NCBI GenBank assembly: GCA_934087065.1
Contig: CAKOIS010000005.1
Coordinates: forward strand, 2,789-66,788
Source: an uncultured Bacilli bacterium
Lineage (GTDB): Bacteria; Bacillota_I; Bacilli_A; RF39; UBA660
DNA: 64,000 bases
Direction of reading: 5' to 3'
Shown here: piece after piece, positions 40,612 through 50,156 of the stretch
Layout of the letters: every line of letters starts with the position of its first letter
Position numbering within the stretch: the stretch's first letter is position 1
Made by a program: the position numbers and the translations under genes
Notes under the pieces: model-generated
The model's database searches: none
What the model was told of the DNA's origin: nothing
What the model saw: only the letters and a program-made list of their open reading frames with translations

Positions 40612-42387
40612 ATGGGACTAATAAAAGTAATGGATGAAAACCTATCTAACAAAATTGCAGCTGGGGAAGTTGTAGAAAAAGTTAGCAGTGTTGTAAAAGA
40701 ACTTGTAGAAAATTCACTTGATGCAGGCAGCACTAATATTGAAGTAAGCCTAGTGGATGCTGGAATAAAAGAAATTAAAGTAATAGATAATGGTAAAGGA
40801 ATGGACAAAAGTGACGCAGTACTTGCTTTTACACCACACGCGACTAGTAAGATAAAAAACGAAAATGATTTGTTCTTCATTAATACCCTAGGTTTTAGGG
40901 GAGAAGCTCTTCCTTCAATTGCAAGTGTAAGTGAAGTAGTACTTGATACTAGTAATGGAATAGATAGTACTTTAGTTAATATAAAAGGTGGAACACTTCT
41001 TTCAAAAACAGAAGGCACAATGTCTAAAGGAACTAAGGTAGTTGTAAAAAACTTATTTTATAATACTCCAGCTAGACTTAAATTTTTAAAAAGTTATTAT
41101 ACAGAATTAAATGGAGTAGTTAACTTAATAGAAAAGCTTGCCTTAAGCCACCCTGAAGTTAGCTTTAAACTTAATAGTGATAATAAAGACATGATTAGTA
41201 CAAGTGGAAGTAATGACTTACTTAAAACAATTCACGAAATATACGGATACAACGTAAGTAAAAACATGGTTTATATTGAAGGAAGTAACAGCGACTATGA
41301 CATTAATGGTTATGTTAGTAATATTAATATAGTTAAAAGTACCAAAAAAGATATGATTATCTTAGTAAACGGAAGAATTGTAAATAATAGCTATGTAAAT
41401 AAAGTAATAAAAGACGCATACCATACATACTTAGCTGTAGACAAATACCCTATAGTGGTAATAAACATATTAGTAGACCCAACTATAGTAGACGTTAATA
41501 TCCATCCTACTAAACAGGATATAAAGTTTAGTAAAATGGACACACTAGAAGATATACTATTTAGTACCATAAGAGACAGGTTAATGAATATAAACAATAT
41601 ATTTAAAGCATATGACGAAACAGATAACTATGTTAGTAATGAATACTCTTCTGGTGTAGACTACTCTGTAAACGAAGATTTAGTAGTGAATACTCCTAGT
41701 GTAGAAAAACCTATAATAGAAGAAAATAAAATGAATTTTCTTATGAATGAAGACACTACTGGATATGAAACTGTACTAGATACTAATTTAGAAGAAGAAA
41801 AACCAAGTTTGCTTCACCCAATTGGACTTGCTATGGGAACATACTTGTTTGCAACAGACGAAAGTTGTGTCTACATGATAGATATACATGCTGCTAATGA
41901 AAGAATAAATTATGAAAAACTACTAAATGCTTTAAAAGAAGATACTGTTAGTACTACTAGTATGTTATTTCCTATTACGATAGAATTTACTAAAAATGAA
42001 TATATGATTATAGAAAGAGAAAAAGACTTTATACTTAGTTTAGGCATTAAGTTTAGTGAGTTTGGAGTAAACACAATAAGAGTATATGAGCACCCTACAT
42101 ACTTTAGAGAAGGCTATGAAGAAGAAAGTTTAAGAAGAGTATTTGACCTTATTGTAAGTATGGATAAAAAGTTTGACAGAGTTAAATTTAACGAACAACT
42201 AGCAATAAACTTATCTTGCAAAATGAGTGTAAAAGCAAACACCTTCATTGGGCCACTTGAACAAGAAACACTATTAAAAAGACTATTTAAGTGTGAATTT
42301 CCTTATACTTGTCCTCATGGAAGACCAACTATTATAAAATACACTAAATATGAATTAGAAAAACTATTTAAAAGAGTAAATGCATAA
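40612..42387 (+). CDS. mutL: DNA mismatch repair protein MutL
   Basis: GHKL ATPase 'ELVENSLDAGST', 'GFRGEAL', C-terminal dimerisation domain. No adjacent mutS in this window. Confidence 0.9.
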   Translation: MGLIKVMDENLSNKIAAGEVVEKVSSVVKELVENSLDAGSTNIEVSLVDAGIKEIKVIDNGKGMDKSDAVLAFTPHATSKIKNENDLFFINTLGFRGEALPSIASVSEVVLDTSNGIDSTLVNIKGGTLLSKTEGTMSKGTKVVVKNLFYNTPARLKFLKSYYTELNGVVNLIEKLALSHPEVSFKLNSDNKDMISTSGSNDLLKTIHEIYGYNVSKNMVYIEGSNSDYDINGYVSNINIVKSTKKDMIILVNGRIVNNSYVNKVIKDAYHTYLAVDKYPIVVINILVDPTIVDVNIHPTKQDIKFSKMDTLEDILFSTIRDRLMNINNIFKAYDETDNYVSNEYSSGVDYSVNEDLVVNTPSVEKPIIEENKMNFLMNEDTTGYETVLDTNLEEEKPSLLHPIGLAMGTYLFATDESCVYMIDIHAANERINYEKLLNALKEDTVSTTSMLFPITIEFTKNEYMIIEREKDFILSLGIKFSEFGVNTIRVYEHPTYFREGYEEESLRRVFDLIVSMDKKFDRVKFNEQLAINLSCKMSVKANTFIGPLEQETLLKRLFKCEFPYTCPHGRPTIIKYTKYELEKLFKRVNA

Positions 42388-42448
42388 AAAGAGTAATGTA
42401 TAAAATAAAGTACTTGATTTAATTAGTAAAATTTGTTATAATTAAATT

Positions 42449-42577
42449 GTCTTAAATGACATATAATATTAATGGACAAACAAAAAGAGTAGTACCAAGC
42501 TTTGGGATGTTAGGTGTTCACTCAGTCCAATAATTGACGTAGGAACACCGTCTCAGTAGTTGATACGGTGTTCTTTT
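42449..42577 (+). ncRNA. candidate small RNA (orphan promoter-to-terminator unit, ~130 nt)
   Basis: Promoter TTGATT-17-TGtTATAAT at 42414-42442; two mutually exclusive hairpins sharing 'gaacacc'; terminator aacaccgt/acggtgtt + TTTT at 42543-42577. No plus-strand CDS follows for 1 kb. Confidence 0.3.
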
Positions 42578-43478
42578 ACATTTTATGTTTTTCGGTTTCT
42601 GTGGTTAAGTGTTTAATTACATCTAATTGCATTTGTTTTCCATATAAAAGTTCTTCACGAGACAAATTCAAACTATCAGCTATATCATAAATTAACCATT
42701 CATTATTGCATTCACTTTTTCTTACAATTTCTAAAAATACTTGTACAGCTTGAGCTCTTGACAGATTAAATTTCTTAGCTATAGTTTCCATACATCCTCT
42801 TACAAATAAATATGAAGATATATAAGATAATCTAAATGAACAAGATTTATAACTTGAAATCTTCTCTATACCATATGTATTATCATTTTCTGAAACAAGT
42901 ATTTCTTCTGCACTTAGAATTTGTTCTTCACTTAAATTTAATAATATGTTTTTATGCTCGGTGAAAACTTCTTCTAAATTTAACGCATATAATGGTAATG
43001 CTTCAGCAAACCCTTCGCTAATAATTAAATCTTTACTAAAAAACTGACTATGTACTATATGTGATAACTCATGAATTTCATTTTCAATTTTAGAAATTCC
43101 TATTTCTTTAAGTTCCTTGTTTTCTAACATATTTTGACTTAGCCCATAAGCCCATGAAAAGCCATCTAAGTCATAACACATTACTGGCTTTCCTCCGCCT
43201 TTTCCATTATCAAATTTTTTTGGAATATTTAAAAGTTCTCCATAATTTTCATCTGGTACAATATAAACATATAATATAGGGTGTGCATTTGCTGGATATT
43301 TAATTCCAAGAGTATTTATCATTTCTAAACATTTACTCATGTTATTTAAATACTCATTATAGCTACCATTATCATATTTAATTGCTAATTCTTTAGATAA
43401 TCTAACTTTTATTGCACTACTAAAAACTCTTAGTTCTGAATTCTTAATATATTCTCTCATTTTATTTTTTTCGTACAT
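42576..43478 (-). CDS. hypothetical HExxH metallopeptidase-like protein (ImmA/IrrE-like motif 'HELSH')
   Basis: GGAGG SD precedes the internal ATG at 43478 (MYEKNK...). 'IENEIHELSHIVHSQ'. Confidence 0.4.
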   Translation of the reverse strand: MYEKNKMREYIKNSELRVFSSAIKVRLSKELAIKYDNGSYNEYLNNMSKCLEMINTLGIKYPANAHPILYVYIVPDENYGELLNIPKKFDNGKGGGKPVMCYDLDGFSWAYGLSQNMLENKELKEIGISKIENEIHELSHIVHSQFFSKDLIISEGFAEALPLYALNLEEVFTEHKNILLNLSEEQILSAEEILVSENDNTYGIEKISSYKSCSFRLSYISSYLFVRGCMETIAKKFNLSRAQAVQVFLEIVRKSECNNEWLIYDIADSLNLSREELLYGKQMQLDVIKHLTTETEKHKM

Positions 43479-43611
43479 TTTCTTTACCTCCATGATTAAA
43501 TTATACTTTGTTTTATAAGGAGGGTCAAGTGAAAAATACTCCTAAACACTTGAAAATATAAGACTTTTCGTATATAATTTAAATATAATTATTTAATTAG
43601 GTGGTGTTATC

Positions 43612-44622
43612 ATGTTTAATTTATTTAAAAAGAAGAAAGTAAGTGGACCGGTAAAAGATGAAGCATATTATAGAAGTTATGACGCTTACGAAGATGAAGA
43701 AGATATTTACTTTGAAAAAAGAAATAATCAAAAAGCAAGAGTATTTTTAGTTATGGGACCAACTTGTAGTGGTAAAACTAAAGTGAGTATTGAAATAGCT
43801 AAGAAGTTTAACGCTGAAATAATAAATGCAGACAAAGAACAAATGTACAAGCATCTTAATATAGGTACTGCTAAAGTAACTAAAGAAGAAATGAAAGGTA
43901 TAAAACATCATTTGATAGATTTTCTTGATTTAAGAAGTAACTATACAGTAAGAGATTATCAAAGAGATGGTAGAAAGATACTAGACGAGTTATTAGACCA
44001 AGGAAAAAATGTTGTTGTAGTAGGTGGCTCAGGACTATATATAAAAGCACTTTTATTTGACTATAGATTTCCTGAAGAAGACCCAGAATTTTATCCTGAA
44101 TGTGAAAATTTTGATAATGGATACTTAAAAACGAAAGCAACACAATTTGAACCTTTTACTGAAGTACACGTTAATAATAGACGTAGACTTGAAAGAATAT
44201 TTACTCGTGTATTTGCATCTAAAGAGCGTATTCATAATAACTGCGGTAAAAATCTTCCTTTATATGATATTGACTATGTAGAATTATGTCCAGAAAGAGA
44301 AGAGTTATATGATAGAATTAATAAAAGAGTAGACCAGATGTTTAAGAGTGGTCTAGTAGAAGAAGTAAAAAAATATAAAAGATATCCAAAACTTAAAACA
44401 ATAATTGGATATAAAGAAACACTACAGTATTTAAAAAATGAAATAACTTTAGAAGAATGCAAAACACTAATAAAAAGAAATACTAGACATTATGCAAAAA
44501 GACAAATGACATGGTTTAGAACACAATTTATGGAAAGTGCATCCTATAGTGTTGACTACAAACATTTTAATTACTCAATAGAAAGGATCCTAAGATGTTT
44601 AGGACCCCTCAACAAAAAATGA
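43612..44622 (+). CDS. miaA: tRNA dimethylallyltransferase
   Basis: P-loop 'VMGPTCSGKT' after a ~45-aa N-terminal extension. 336 aa. Confidence 0.8.
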   Translation: MFNLFKKKKVSGPVKDEAYYRSYDAYEDEEDIYFEKRNNQKARVFLVMGPTCSGKTKVSIEIAKKFNAEIINADKEQMYKHLNIGTAKVTKEEMKGIKHHLIDFLDLRSNYTVRDYQRDGRKILDELLDQGKNVVVVGGSGLYIKALLFDYRFPEEDPEFYPECENFDNGYLKTKATQFEPFTEVHVNNRRRLERIFTRVFASKERIHNNCGKNLPLYDIDYVELCPEREELYDRINKRVDQMFKSGLVEEVKKYKRYPKLKTIIGYKETLQYLKNEITLEECKTLIKRNTRHYAKRQMTWFRTQFMESASYSVDYKHFNYSIERILRCLGPLNKK

Positions 44623-45486
44623 GTTATCAAAGTTATGCTCTTTAGTATCTAAACTAAGGAGTTTTTCTTTTGTTATTAAAAAGTAATTATCTCTATATCT
44701 ATTATTATCTATGTCATCCCAAGTAAGATCAAGATGTAACCAATTATTATCTAAATAAACTAAATTCCACACATGATTAGTACTGCTTATTTTTAAATTA
44801 GGAATATTAAATTTATCAAGAAATAATGCCATCGCGTCAGAGTACCCACTACAAACTGCATGACCTAAAATTAACGAACCATAAGCACTAGTAGTATCTA
44901 AATTATCACTTTCACTATCATATACAGTATTACTTAAAATATAATTATGTACTTTCTCAATTATTTCTCTATCACTTAAATTTTCAACATTTAACTCAGT
45001 AATAACTTTATTTACCTTATTATCTAAAACTTTGATTTTCTCGTCATCATATTTAGGCGTAACGCTTATTTTAATTTCTCTTGTACTAGAAATAGTAGTC
45101 TTAATATTTTCAAAACTATTAAATGGGCTAATATAATTATTAATATTACTCATAAGTGTATTGTCATTACCAACAGTTTCAACATCATCCATACACGTTT
45201 TATATTCCTTAGGACAATAGAAAGTAAATTCTTTCCAACCATTATTTAACACATTAAAATAAATATTAATAATATCATCTTTAGTATAAGGAATGTAATT
45301 AATGTTATAGTTAAAATTAACATAATTATATTCTCTCTTAAAGTTATTTGCTTCTTTTATAGTAACTTTTTCATTACTAACAAGTAAATCAGTAAAAAAT
45401 TCGCTTATAGTATCTATATTTCTATAAACTAATAGTATAACTAAAATTAATAAAATTGTATATATTATATCTCTTATCTTTTTCAT
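44599..45486 (-). CDS. transglutaminase-like cysteine peptidase-fold protein, N-terminal membrane anchor
   Basis: Cys-His-Asp spacing 'GHAVCSGYS ... NHVWNLVY ... LDLTWDD'. Confidence 0.5.
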   Translation of the reverse strand: MKKIRDIIYTILLILVILLVYRNIDTISEFFTDLLVSNEKVTIKEANNFKREYNYVNFNYNINYIPYTKDDIINIYFNVLNNGWKEFTFYCPKEYKTCMDDVETVGNDNTLMSNINNYISPFNSFENIKTTISSTREIKISVTPKYDDEKIKVLDNKVNKVITELNVENLSDREIIEKVHNYILSNTVYDSESDNLDTTSAYGSLILGHAVCSGYSDAMALFLDKFNIPNLKISSTNHVWNLVYLDNNWLHLDLTWDDIDNNRYRDNYFLITKEKLLSLDTKEHNFDNSFFVEGS

Positions 45487-45597
45487 AATTAAATTATATA
45501 TTAAATTTACAAGTATAGCAAGTATAAAAATAAAAAGTGTAAAACTTCTTTACTTTAAAGATAAATAAATATATAATTAAAGTGTGAGGTAATAAGT

Positions 45598-46293
45598 ATG
45601 AATGAGGTATTAAGTAAAAATAATTATAGGAAGTTATTAGTGGAAAATGAAGTAACCGTTTTTAATAATGAAGAAGAAGTTACTTTTAATGCTGATAATA
45701 AAGAGAAAGAAGAAGTAGTTGATTTCTTTCTAAGAAACCATAGAGTTAATGTTATGAAAGTAGGTTTAAAAGACTATACTTTTACATCTGCTAGTGCTTG
45801 TATAGATAATTATAATAAAAACTTAGTTAATCTTATAAGTGATGCTAGTATGAAGTTAGGTATTAGTACAAACATATCATTAAAGATAAAAGCTATTAAA
45901 AAGTTTTATAACGATAGATTATATAGTTTATATAAGAGCAATGCTAACAAAGTAAGAATAGTAATGGGTTATAACACATCAAAATATATTACTTTATTTG
46001 ATAAACTATTAATAGAAGTACTAAATAACAAATTAGATTTATCTTTTATATATGAATATATTTCTAGCTTAACAAAAGGAGATAAATTAGAAATCAAATA
46101 TAAAGAAATATATTGGTTTCCACTTGAACCAGATAGAACTAGAGGGTACAGTAACATGCCTTACATAACAGGTTTAACAAAAGTAGTAGAGTTTGATAAC
46201 ATATTACTACCTTATATGGAAAGACTAGTTAACGAATATAATAGTGAATTAAATAAATTTAATACGTTACAATTTAAACTAAAAGAATTTTAA
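45598..46293 (+). CDS. hypothetical protein (231 aa)
   Basis: ORF with GAGGT SD. Confidence 0.4.
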   Translation: MNEVLSKNNYRKLLVENEVTVFNNEEEVTFNADNKEKEEVVDFFLRNHRVNVMKVGLKDYTFTSASACIDNYNKNLVNLISDASMKLGISTNISLKIKAIKKFYNDRLYSLYKSNANKVRIVMGYNTSKYITLFDKLLIEVLNNKLDLSFIYEYISSLTKGDKLEIKYKEIYWFPLEPDRTRGYSNMPYITGLTKVVEFDNILLPYMERLVNEYNSELNKFNTLQFKLKEF

Positions 46294-46307
46294 AAGGGTG
46301 TGAATTT

Positions 46308-46967
46308 ATGAATATACTAATGGATTTTGTATTTTTTAGTATTATTGGTTTTATAAGTGAAGTTATTTACTGCAGCTTAAACAAAAGAAAAAGTGGTAAA
46401 GCTCTTTATGGTCCATGGTGTCCATTATATGGTTTAGGTGGTTTATTAATTATAAGTGTAGTTAGTCATGTGCCTGAAAATATGTTCATCATATATTTAG
46501 TAAGCGTACTAGTATCAAGCTTTACTGAATACTTAGTAAGTGTTGTATTAGAAATGATTTTTGATATGAAATGGTGGGACTATAGTTTTAAAAAGTTTAA
46601 CTTAAATGGTAGAATTTGCTTAGAAAACTCACTATTATTCGGTGTCCTAGGTATTCTAATATTTTACTTCTATTTACCACTTAAAGTTTATATGATAAGT
46701 ATATGTGACCCACTTTTACTAAAGATTATAGTGTATTTACTATTTACAGCAATGTGTATTGATGGGGTTATAACTATAATTGAAGCATTTGAGGTTAAAT
46801 ATAGATATCAACTTATAAAGAAAATTGGACTTAATAACAAAGATAAACTAAAGAGCAAACTTGCTAAATTAAAAAGTTCATTTAACTTTAAAAGACTTAT
46901 CTATGAATTTGATTTTGATAATAAAGAGAAGATTAAGTTTTTAAAGAAATTTTATAAGAAGAAATAA
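46308..46967 (+). CDS. small integral membrane protein (4-5 TM)
   Basis: Hydrophobic segments; 'FVFFSIIGFISEVIYCS' N-terminus. Confidence 0.4.
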   Translation: MNILMDFVFFSIIGFISEVIYCSLNKRKSGKALYGPWCPLYGLGGLLIISVVSHVPENMFIIYLVSVLVSSFTEYLVSVVLEMIFDMKWWDYSFKKFNLNGRICLENSLLFGVLGILIFYFYLPLKVYMISICDPLLLKIIVYLLFTAMCIDGVITIIEAFEVKYRYQLIKKIGLNNKDKLKSKLAKLKSSFNFKRLIYEFDFDNKEKIKFLKKFYKKK

Positions 46968-47061
46968 TAAAAAACTAAGTTTATACATAATTGAATGAAC
47001 TTAGTAACTTAAAATTCTAAGCATTGTGACTTATAAAATTTATCAATATTTAAAATTGTAC

Positions 47062-47090
47062 TTGAAAAATAGTACTTTTTTTGATAAGAT
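47062..47090 (+). promoter_or_regulatory. promoter TTGAAA-17-TGaTAAGAT for leader / paralog copy 3
   Basis: Same spacing to the 'aaagatagg' box as copy 1. Confidence 0.45.
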
Positions 47091-47097
47091 TATCTTG

Positions 47098-47272
47098 TAA
47101 TAAAGATAGGAAGTGAAGTACATGAAAATTAACTCTTTGGTACAAAATAAAGTACAAAATGGGGGGGGGTTATTTAAATAGTATAAATAACTATAGTTTT
47201 TCATGTGCAATTAAATGGATAGAATAACTCTACCCATTTTTTCGTGTCTTAAAAAGAAAGGAGAACATTAAT
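47098..47272 (+). promoter_or_regulatory. conserved leader, copy 3: leader ORF 47122-47181 (MKINSLVQNKVQNGGGLFK*) with G9 tract 47161-47169; terminator 47215-47243
   Basis: Hairpin atggatag/ctacccat + T6 identical to copy 1. In the G8 frame the ORF would read ...GGGYLNSINNYSFSCAIKWIE*, similar to the copy-1 leader peptide, and would end inside the hairpin. Confidence 0.55.
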
Positions 47273-48754
47273 ATGCAAAAGAAAAAATTAACACTTGTAA
47301 TAGTAAGCTTACTTGTAGTAGTACTAAGTGTATCACTAGCTTACTTTACAGCACAAATAATAGGAAAGGGTAAAAATGTAAGTGTAACAAGTGCTAACTT
47401 ACAAATAGTATTTACAGATAGTGATGGAGCTTTAACAGAAACTGGTATAGAACCAGGGTGGCAAAAAACTAAAACTTTTACTATTAAAAATGATACTAAG
47501 ACAGAATACAAGTATAATATAGTAATAAAAGACTTGTTAAATACTTTTGTAACTAATGGATACTTACAATATAAGATAACTAGTACAAATAATGGATATA
47601 ATATGACTGAGTTTAAAGATATTCCAAAGTCAAGTGCACCTAAAGATAAAATACTAGCTTATAGTGTTAGTATTCCAGTAGGAGTAACACAAAGTTATAC
47701 TATTGAATTTAAGTATGCAAACGATGAAAGTGTAGACCAAAGTGATGATATGGGTAAGAAACTAAGTGGAACACTATTTATAACTGAAGGAACAGAAGAT
47801 CCAAACAAAACACTTTTAACTCAATTATTTGCAGACAAATCAACAGTATTAACAAGAACAGACTTTAGTACAGTATTAACAACAGATAATACAAAAACAT
47901 TATATACGGGAACAGAGAATGGAACAACAGTATACTATTTTGCAGGGAATGCAACAGATAACTGGGTAAAGTTTGGAAAGAATGCAAGTAATGAAGACTT
48001 ATACTGGAGAATAATAAGAACAAACTCAGATGGTAGTGTAAGACTTTTATACCATGGAACAAGTACAACAGCAACAGACGCATATATAGGGACATCAGCA
48101 TTTAATAGTAGTAATAATGATATAGCATATGTAAGCTATATGTATGGAAATTTAGGAAGTGTTGCAAATGCTAGAGAAAATACAACTAACAGTACAATAA
48201 AAACAATAATAGATAACTGGTATAAAGATAATTTGAATACAAATTATGGTAAATACCTAAGTACAACAGCAGTATACTGTAACGATAGAAGTACATCAGA
48301 TAATGCATCCTTTGGAGCACGTACAAGACTACAAACAAATAAAACACCAACATATGACTGTTCAGTAGCAGAAGACAAATTCACAGTAGACACAAGTACA
48401 GGAAATGGGAAACTAACATACCCAATAGCATTAATGACAGCAGACGAAGTAAGTTTTGCAGGTGGAGTATGGATAGTAAATGCACCTACATGGTATTATA
48501 AAAATAGTGCAAACGAAAGCTCTACAGACTCAACCTGGTGGTGGTTGTTGTCTCCTCGCGGTTGGTATGACAGCGTCGCTTACGTGTTCTACGTGTCCGG
48601 TTCGTCCAAACCTGGCTACTTGTACGACAACAGCGTCAACTACACCACCCGTGTGCGTCCAGCCCTATCACTAAAATCTTGTGTTAAATATGCAAATGGA
48701 GATGGCTCAGCAAGCGCACCATACACAATAAAAGAAACTTCAAGTGGGTGCTAA
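47273..48754 (+). CDS. secreted paralog family member 3 (493 aa)
   Basis: N-terminus 'MQKKKLTLVIVSLLVVVLSVSLAYFTAQIIGKGKNVSV'. Central/C-terminal block homologous to copy 1. GC3-rich patch at ~48553-48666. Confidence 0.6.
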   Translation: MQKKKLTLVIVSLLVVVLSVSLAYFTAQIIGKGKNVSVTSANLQIVFTDSDGALTETGIEPGWQKTKTFTIKNDTKTEYKYNIVIKDLLNTFVTNGYLQYKITSTNNGYNMTEFKDIPKSSAPKDKILAYSVSIPVGVTQSYTIEFKYANDESVDQSDDMGKKLSGTLFITEGTEDPNKTLLTQLFADKSTVLTRTDFSTVLTTDNTKTLYTGTENGTTVYYFAGNATDNWVKFGKNASNEDLYWRIIRTNSDGSVRLLYHGTSTTATDAYIGTSAFNSSNNDIAYVSYMYGNLGSVANARENTTNSTIKTIIDNWYKDNLNTNYGKYLSTTAVYCNDRSTSDNASFGARTRLQTNKTPTYDCSVAEDKFTVDTSTGNGKLTYPIALMTADEVSFAGGVWIVNAPTWYYKNSANESSTDSTWWWLLSPRGWYDSVAYVFYVSGSSKPGYLYDNSVNYTTRVRPALSLKSCVKYANGDGSASAPYTIKETSSGC

Positions 48755-48781
48755 ACTGTGTCTCTTGGGATCCCATGCTAG

Positions 48782-48806
48782 ATTAGGAATTTAGACAGTT
48801 CCTAAT
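48782..48806. terminator. bidirectional hairpin between convergent genes
   Basis: attaggaa/ttcctaat stem then T6. Confidence 0.45.
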
Positions 48807-50090
48807 CTTTTTTATGTGCATGAATGTACTTATTATAAGTGTAACTATTATTGAAAGTATTAGAGAGTACATTCCTATTTTTAGAAGGGAAAGTAATGTT
48901 AATAAGACTAGTTTTGTTATGGAAGTAATTAGAGTGATATTCATTTCTTCTTTAGACATATCTAGTGCTTGAAGAGCGTTTGCAAGTGGTGTATTTATGA
49001 AGTAAAGTAAGAAGAAAGGAGCTAAAACTTTGATGTAGTTAGAACCTAGTGTTGTTTTATAAATTAGATTAAGTAAGTATTCAGGTATAGCAAAAATAAT
49101 TCCTGTTGAGAAAGCTCCAATTGCTAAAGATAGTCCTGTTATTTGGTATATTCTTTTTTTACATTGTATGATGTTTTTAACTGAGTAGTTTTTAGCAAGT
49201 TCTGGAATTAGTGAAGTAGATATGCTCATTGTAAAAAATTGTGGAATTAAGAGTAGTGCTAAAGCGTACCCGTTAATGATACCATATTCTCTAACTATAA
49301 AGTCATTTGAATATCCTACAAAGTTTAGTATGTTTATTAGTACTATTGGTTCTAGAAAGTGAGCTAGACTTCCTACAATTTTACTACTAGTACTAGGTAC
49401 ACTTATATTCATGATGTCTCTTATGTATTCTTTTTTGGGTTTTATATCTTCTTTTGATAATGTAATTCCCTTAGGTAAACCTAAGAGCATTACTATGATA
49501 CTTGATGTTTCACTAATCATATTTACTAAGATTATCACTGAAATAGTGAGTACTAAACTTTTTTCTATTAGTATAGGTATTAAGAAAATAAGTATAGCTA
49601 TTCTAACTATTTGTTCAACTATATTAGAAAGAATATATACTCCCATTCTTTGTTTACCCCAGTAGTAACCTTTTATTATTGAAGACATTCCTATAAATGG
49701 AAGAGTAAAACCAATAGATAGAAGTGGAATGTATAGTCTAGCGTCTTTTAAAAAGTAGACTGCTAGTGGTTTTGCAATTAAAAAGATTATTAGAAGTGTA
49801 ATTAGGTTTAATAGTAGTGATATTGGTATAATAGAAAACACCGCACTTTTAGAACTTTTCTCTCTTACATTTATAACTTTACTAATGCTTGCAGGGTAAC
49901 TGAATGTCGCAATTGTGATAAAAAGACTAAAAGTAGGCGTGATAAGTGAGTATAAGCCAATTCCTTCAGTACCTATTTGTCTAGTAATGATTATTCTCAA
50001 AACAAAACCAAGTAACTTTGATAGAAAGCCACCAGTAAGGAGTATTAGTGTTCCCATAAAAAAGTTGTTTTTTAGTAATTTTTTAATCAT
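48783..50090 (-). CDS. MOP-superfamily polysaccharide/lipid-II flippase (SpoVB/MurJ/Wzx-like)
   Basis: 435 aa, about 12 TM. N-terminus 'GTLILLTGGFLSKLLGFVLRIIITRQIGTEGIGLYSL' typical of SpoVB/MurJ. Confidence 0.6.
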   Translation of the reverse strand: MIKKLLKNNFFMGTLILLTGGFLSKLLGFVLRIIITRQIGTEGIGLYSLITPTFSLFITIATFSYPASISKVINVREKSSKSAVFSIIPISLLLNLITLLIIFLIAKPLAVYFLKDARLYIPLLSIGFTLPFIGMSSIIKGYYWGKQRMGVYILSNIVEQIVRIAILIFLIPILIEKSLVLTISVIILVNMISETSSIIVMLLGLPKGITLSKEDIKPKKEYIRDIMNISVPSTSSKIVGSLAHFLEPIVLINILNFVGYSNDFIVREYGIINGYALALLLIPQFFTMSISTSLIPELAKNYSVKNIIQCKKRIYQITGLSLAIGAFSTGIIFAIPEYLLNLIYKTTLGSNYIKVLAPFFLLYFINTPLANALQALDMSKEEMNITLITSITKLVLLTLLSLLKIGMYSLILSIIVTLIISTFMHIKKIRNCLNS

Positions 50091-50156
50091 ACTTAAGTAT
50101 ATTCTAAATTAATTTAAAACTTTACTTTTAATGAGTAAACGTGTTATAATTTAGAC

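Noticed and set aside
16500-47169. Poly-G tracts as sequencing or assembly artefacts
   Set aside because: Three independent loci carry the tract at the identical position of a conserved leader, with lengths 8/9/9 and coherent frame consequences. An artefact would not recur in this conserved context, though absolute lengths should be confirmed with reads.
48480-48674. Diversity-generating retroelement (DGR) variable region explaining the GC-rich patch in paralog 3
   Set aside because: No reverse transcriptase gene and no template-repeat-like near copy are present in this window. The 64-aa alternative-frame ORF overlapping the patch is almost certainly spurious. The idea is kept only as a hypothesis to test genome-wide.
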